From contig JBBISH010000055.1 of assembly GCA_037441385.1 (NCBI GenBank), positions 1 to 40,075 of the forward strand: a DNA stretch of 40,075 bases, in the 5' to 3' direction. This document shows positions 35,330 through 40,075 of the stretch, piece by piece (position 1 is the first letter of the stretch; each line of letters begins with the position of its first letter). The stretch is from Myxococcales bacterium. GTDB lineage: Bacteria > Myxococcota_A > UBA9042. The notes under the pieces were generated by a model. That model saw only the letters and a program-made list of their open reading frames with translations, ran no database searches and was not told where the DNA came from. Position numbers and translations under genes: made by a program.

Positions 35330-37399
35330 CTATTGTTCCCAACCGCCCGTTGCGGTGTCGAGGTCGTCGACGAATTCAAGTCCGGCTGGGAGCTTCAGCG
35401 AGCCCTTCGTGAACGCCAGCAACAGCAGGCGATGGTAGAAGCCGGCCGGCGCCCAACCGACTGACGAGGAAATCGCGAACATCACGGAGCTCGTACGGTT
35501 GCCCGGCACCGCGAAGGTCGGGTTGGCGGTGCCGCAGTTGCCGGCATAGCAGGCGCCGCTCGTGCTCCAAGTGTTGGCGCCGTTGATGGTCGCCGAAGAG
35601 TAGTCGCTCCAGTTGCCGCCACACGAGTACCAGAAGGTGGGTGCCCAGTTGATGGTGTTCGCGGTCGAATTCTTGATGCGGAACAGGAAGAGCATGTGCT
35701 GCGACATGTTGCTGTCGCTGTATTGGGGGATCATCTGGTTGATCAGGGCACCGCCGACTGTTGCGCGGCCGCCGTTGACAAACGTCATCCGCCACAGGTC
35801 TTTGTCGGCGCTGGCGCTGGCAATGATCGCACCGTTGGACCAACTGGACGGCGCGATACCCAGCGAGTAGTCGCCGCTGTTGCCCATCGGCCAACCGTAG
35901 TTGTTGTCGTACCCTTCTACGCGACCCCAACGATAGGTGGGCCGGAGGTTGCCGTTGTTGATGTTGCCCGTCACGGACAGGTTGCCGGCGATGCTGACGT
36001 CCTTGTCGACAATCAGGTTGCCCTTGATCTGGATCTTCTGGTTCGACAGGGTCTGGATGTTCATCGACCACTTGAAGTCGCCGTCGAAGCCGCCCGAGCC
36101 GCCGCCGGCCTTGGTGTCTTTGACCGTAATCGACCAGGCGCCCTTGATGTTCTTGTTGGTCCAGTCGCCATTCATGTCGCCGCTGACGATCGGGGTATCG
36201 GTGTTGAAGTTGGTCGTGAGCGTGGTGCCGGTCTTGCCGCCGGCGTAGATGATGTAGGGGTTGAGGGTGCCGGGGCCGTACAGCTCGACCTTGACGCCGC
36301 TCATGTCCGAGTTGTTGATGGTCATGTTCACCCAGATCTTCTGGGCTTGGCCGATGTCCGGGAAGGTCAGCGTGTCGGTCACGCCCGCGCCCAGGCCGTC
36401 GGGGATCTTGATGGTGCCGGTGCCGGCGGTCGAGTCGACGAACTGATTGTAGATTAGGCCGTTGCTGATCTCGTCGATCATGTCCGGAGCGATCGCCGAG
36501 GCGATGCAGGCGTACGAACCGTCGGCGTTGATGCCGTTCATCACCAAGCCCGAGCCGCAGGTCTTGCCCAGCGACACGGGGGTGGGCGTGCCGCTCAGGT
36601 CGGCATAAGCGCCGGAGCCGGCGACCTTGGCCAGCGACGCGGCCTTGACGTAGGCGGCCAGGTCGGTGGTCTTGGCGTAGCCGCTCAGGTCGGGGCCGCC
36701 GCTCAGGTCGGCAAAAGCGCCGGTGGTGGCGACCTTGGCCAGGCCGGCGCTCTTGGCGTAGGCCGACAGATCGCTGGTCTTGGCGTAGCCGGTCAGGTCG
36801 GGGCCGCCGGTCAGGTCGGCGAAGGCGCCGGTGGTGGCGACCTTGGCGAGCGACGCCGTCTTGGCATAGGCGTTGAGATCCGTGGTCTTGACGTAGGCAG
36901 AGAGCACCTGCGGGTCAAGTGCGCTGGCGCCCACGCAACCCGAGCACTCGATGCCTTCGGCCACCGCGGCGCGCAATGCATAGACCACCGCCGTCATCGG
37001 CTGGCGTGGCAACTCGGGGTCCGACTCGACCTTCATGCTGAGATAGGCGCTGGGCAGGCCGCTGAACACCGACGCCTGGATGGGCGTCTTGCTGCCCAAG
37101 ATGTACTGGAAGGCGCTACCTTTGACCGAGATCGACACAGGCCCTTCGATCCACAGAGGGTTGCCGGCCGTCGCGTCCTTGAACACCGCAAAGGTGACGT
37201 TGTAGTAGCCGTCGGCCGCAGGAGCGCCGCCGGCAGCGGTCAAGGCGCCTTCGATGGCCACCTGACTCGGGATCGCGGCGTGGGCAATCGAGGCCGTCCC
37301 GATCGAGCCCGCCAGCGTCGCCAAGCCGGTAAGCAACAGCGTGCAGAGTCGGCGCGCCCAGTGCGCACGCGGTTGAACTTCCATGGGAATTGCAGACAT
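35330..37399 (-). CDS. Secreted fibre/adhesin-like protein B, paralog of A with a different C-terminal domain
   Basis: GAGGAG RBS and signal peptide ending AHA. Same N-terminal domain, repeats and P-domain as protein A up to KGNLIVD, then an unrelated Trp/Asn/Ser-rich domain. Confidence 0.8.
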   Translation of the reverse strand: MSAIPMEVQPRAHWARRLCTLLLTGLATLAGSIGTASIAHAAIPSQVAIEGALTAAGGAPAADGYYNVTFAVFKDATAGNPLWIEGPVSISVKGSAFQYILGSKTPIQASVFSGLPSAYLSMKVESDPELPRQPMTAVVYALRAAVAEGIECSGCVGASALDPQVLSAYVKTTDLNAYAKTASLAKVATTGAFADLTGGPDLTGYAKTSDLSAYAKSAGLAKVATTGAFADLSGGPDLSGYAKTTDLAAYVKAASLAKVAGSGAYADLSGTPTPVSLGKTCGSGLVMNGINADGSYACIASAIAPDMIDEISNGLIYNQFVDSTAGTGTIKIPDGLGAGVTDTLTFPDIGQAQKIWVNMTINNSDMSGVKVELYGPGTLNPYIIYAGGKTGTTLTTNFNTDTPIVSGDMNGDWTNKNIKGAWSITVKDTKAGGGSGGFDGDFKWSMNIQTLSNQKIQIKGNLIVDKDVSIAGNLSVTGNINNGNLRPTYRWGRVEGYDNNYGWPMGNSGDYSLGIAPSSWSNGAIIASASADKDLWRMTFVNGGRATVGGALINQMIPQYSDSNMSQHMLFLFRIKNSTANTINWAPTFWYSCGGNWSDYSSATINGANTWSTSGACYAGNCGTANPTFAVPGNRTSSVMFAISSSVGWAPAGFYHRLLLLAFTKGSLKLPAGLEFVDDLDTATGGWEQ
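36004..37279. repeat. Long direct repeat, copy 2
   Basis: Colinear with 33744-35019. Confidence 0.9.
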
Positions 37400-37944
37400 G
37401 ATAACTCCTCAAGTGGATGCGTGCGAGACCGCCGGTGAGGTCTGCGCCGGTGCAGGCGCGGCAGGGCCGAATACCTCGCAGCGGCAGCGTATCGGATCGG
37501 CAGGTACAATTCCAGGCGGATCGAAACTTCTTTGCCCAGAAGGCACGGCGTGAATGTTTGGAAATACAAGCCGTAGCCACAGGTTCGCCAGCCGCCCGTC
37601 GACCTGCAGGCAAGACGGTGCAGGCAAGACGGTGGCCCTGCGCTGAACTTGATTCCCCTGGCGCAGTGGGCAACAGGAGCAGGGCCAAGATCCAGTCTGG
37701 ACGGGCAAGCCCGTGTCGGCGGCGCTGAGAAGCACCGTTGACGCTGTCAATTGCCCGGCGTAGTCTCGCCTTAAGGTAGAAGCCGTTTGTGTTGGGTGGC
37801 TGTCGGCACTCGGCTGTCCGCGGTCGGCCACGCCGCTGAGGCGCGATCTCGGTCGCCGCCACGGTTTGACCCGCCACCCGCATGGGTAGACGCCGACTGC
37901 AAGGGCAACAGGGAGCGTGCAACCGCGCCCGCGGGTGCAGGATC

Positions 37945-39942
37945 ATGGCAAGCACCGACTTGGACTACCAATTGCTGCTCCGCGAGCTGGCCGAAGCGCG
38001 CCAGCAGCTGGCCGAGTCCCAGCAACTGGCGCACGTCGGGCACTGGCGCTTCCAACCGCACAGCCGGCTGCTCACCTTTTCGCCGGAAATGTGCCGTATC
38101 CTGGACTTGCCCCCTGAGCGCGCCCACCCAAAGTTCGCGGAATACCGGGATCGCATCCACCCCGACGATCGTCAGCGCGTGCTGAACTTGCTTGCCCGAT
38201 CGGCGCTGGAGGGCGGGACCCACGCGATCTTCTACCGGGTCAAGCACGGCGACGGCACGATCCGCCACCTGTACGGCGTGGGGAGCGTGACGCTGGACAT
38301 CGCGGGCGAGGTCGTGGAAATCCGCGGAACGACCCAGGATGTGACCGAACTCATCGCCGCGCGCGGTGAGTTGGCGCGCAACGAAGCGCTCTTGCAGGAA
38401 GCGCAGAACTTGGCGCAGGTCGGCTCGTTCGTGCTGGAGCAGGCGCCCGATGGATTGCGGTTGCTCGCTTCGCAAAAATGGTTCGAGATCCACGGACTGG
38501 CTGACGTGCGGGCGGCCATCGCCACGGCGGCGGCCTTGGCGTCTGTGCACCCCGACGACCGCGATCGCGTGCGGACGGCGATCGGCGAGGCGCTCAGGGG
38601 CGCGATGGTGCGCTTCGACTACCGATCCGTGCACAGCGGCGGCGAAATCCGCTACCTGGCCGCTTCGGTGCGCCCGCACAGCGGCGAGAGTTCGGTGCGC
38701 TTGGTCGGATCGGTCCAGGACATGACCGAGCGCAAGCTTGAGGAGCTGGAACTGGTCAAGGCGCGCGAGTTGGCGCTGCAGGCTTCGAAGGTAAAGTCGC
38801 AATTCCTGGCCAATATGAGTCACGAGATTCGGACGCCGGTGGCGGGCATCTTGGGTATGGCGGGCTTGGCGGCCGAGACCGCGTTGAGCGCGGAGCAACG
38901 CGACTATGTCGACGGGATTCTACTGTCGGCGCGCAACCTGCTGCGCATCGTGAGCGATGTCTTGGATCTGGCGAAGATCGAGTCGGGCAAGCTGACGGTG
39001 GAGCAGATTCCCTTTGCTTGTCACGACTTGCTGGACGAGACGGTGGCGGGATTGCGGCGACACGCGATCGCCAAAGGGCTGGAGCTCGACCTGCACGTGC
39101 ACAGCGAGGTTCCGTTGTGGGTACGCGGCGATCCAACCCGACTGGGGCAGGTGCTGGTCAACCTGGTCGACAACGCCCTCAAGTTCACCGCGCACGGGCG
39201 CGTCGGCGTGGACTGCCAGTGGCACGCGGGCGAGCTGACCGTTGCGGTGAGCGACACCGGCATCGGCATCGGTGCCGAACGGTTGGAGCAAGTGTTTGCG
39301 CCCTTTGAGCAGGCCGACAGCTCGACCACGCGCCGATTTGGCGGCACCGGTCTGGGTTTGACGATCGTGCGACAACTGCTCGCCATCATGAGTGGGACCG
39401 TGGCGGTCACGAGCGAGCTGGGGGTGGGCACGCGATTCGTGGTGACGCTTCCGGCCGCCGCAGCGGAGCCGACGACGACGACATGGCCGCGAGCGGCCGA
39501 GAGCCAGCACCTCCGCGCCCTGCGGCCGGTACAGCGCCTCTTGGTGGCCGAAGACAACCCGGTCAACGCCAAAGTGCTGACCACATGGCTGAAAAAGCGC
39601 GGCTATCATGTCGATCTGGTCGGCGACGGTGCGGCGGCCGTCGCGGCGGTGACCCAGGGGGACTACGACTTGGTGCTGATGGACGTGCAGATGCCCGGCA
39701 TGGACGGGCTAGAAGCCACGCGCACGATTCGCGCGCGCCAGGCGCCGTCTGGGCAAAGGCTGCCGATCGTGGCCCTGACGGCCAACGCGATGAAAGGGGA
39801 CGACCAGCGCTGCCGCGAGGCCGGCATGGACGGCTACTTGGCAAAGCCCGTGGCGTTTGCGGAGCTGGCGGCGGCACTCCGCGGGCTGGGCCGCAGCGCG
39901 GCCGACGCCGACGAAGCCAGCGACGAACCCGCCGCGTTTTAG
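37945..39942 (+). CDS. Cytoplasmic hybrid sensor histidine kinase/response regulator with two PAS domains
   Basis: Two HPDD PAS_3-like units. H-box FLANMSHEIRTP, N-box NLVDNALKFT, G boxes DTGIG and GGTGLGL. Receiver AEDNPVN...LMDVQMP...KP. No TM segments evident. Confidence 0.95.
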   Translation: MASTDLDYQLLLRELAEARQQLAESQQLAHVGHWRFQPHSRLLTFSPEMCRILDLPPERAHPKFAEYRDRIHPDDRQRVLNLLARSALEGGTHAIFYRVKHGDGTIRHLYGVGSVTLDIAGEVVEIRGTTQDVTELIAARGELARNEALLQEAQNLAQVGSFVLEQAPDGLRLLASQKWFEIHGLADVRAAIATAAALASVHPDDRDRVRTAIGEALRGAMVRFDYRSVHSGGEIRYLAASVRPHSGESSVRLVGSVQDMTERKLEELELVKARELALQASKVKSQFLANMSHEIRTPVAGILGMAGLAAETALSAEQRDYVDGILLSARNLLRIVSDVLDLAKIESGKLTVEQIPFACHDLLDETVAGLRRHAIAKGLELDLHVHSEVPLWVRGDPTRLGQVLVNLVDNALKFTAHGRVGVDCQWHAGELTVAVSDTGIGIGAERLEQVFAPFEQADSSTTRRFGGTGLGLTIVRQLLAIMSGTVAVTSELGVGTRFVVTLPAAAAEPTTTTWPRAAESQHLRALRPVQRLLVAEDNPVNAKVLTTWLKKRGYHVDLVGDGAAAVAAVTQGDYDLVLMDVQMPGMDGLEATRTIRARQAPSGQRLPIVALTANAMKGDDQRCREAGMDGYLAKPVAFAELAAALRGLGRSAADADEASDEPAAF

Positions 39943-40075
39943 ACTGATCTTCCACCGCCGGAATCCAAAATCCCAAAAGGATCCAATCTCCTATCGTGAA
40001 CTTTCCGTGACAATGTAGGCACTAAATTACTGATTTTCCTCTGGAACTCTCCATTGTGCCAGCGTACAATCCACG

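Noticed and set aside
32734..36004. Diversity-generating retroelement targeting the lectin-like tips
   Set aside because: There is no reverse transcriptase and no template repeat with adenine-specific mismatches. The long repeat covers the stalk, not the tip.
37738..37750. TTGACGCTGTCAA palindrome as an FNR/CRP box
   Set aside because: The 3-bp spacer does not fit the TTGAT-N4-ATCAA consensus, and there is only one short occurrence.
39943..40075. AT-rich stretch at the window end as an island boundary
   Set aside because: It is too short and truncated by the window edge. It is consistent with an ordinary promoter region.

Overview
GC-rich chromosomal window, probably from a Myxococcota/deltaproteobacterial-type organism. 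This is an inference from the tmRNA tag ANDNVELALAA, the CGNGxCExGE cysteine repeats and the many lipoproteins. The left half is mostly housekeeping: an OmpA-family protein, a degenerate radical-SAM/DUF483-like protein, a PilT-family ATPase with extra cNMP-binding and GspE-N-like domains, a thioredoxin-fold protein, gcvH, gcvT, folD, corA, argS and a SPOR protein. It continues with a split M4/M36 metalloprotease whose propeptide and catalytic domain are separate genes, tmRNA, a TetR/LolA-like/outer-membrane/ABC-ATPase cluster and degP. The right half holds the most interesting candidate system. A Cys-rich di-heme lipoprotein gene is followed by a tightly coupled six-gene operon (24600-32499). 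The operon encodes a hydrazine-synthase-alpha-like multiheme lipoprotein, a small CX4CH cytochrome, a YncE-propeller/di-heme peroxidase (HZS beta-gamma-like) fusion, DUF4266- and DUF3570-like proteins and a lipoprotein. Next come two tandem paralogous fibre-like secreted proteins with a shared stalk and unrelated C-terminal tips, and a PAS hybrid histidine kinase. All family assignments come from motif recognition by eye; no database searches were run.
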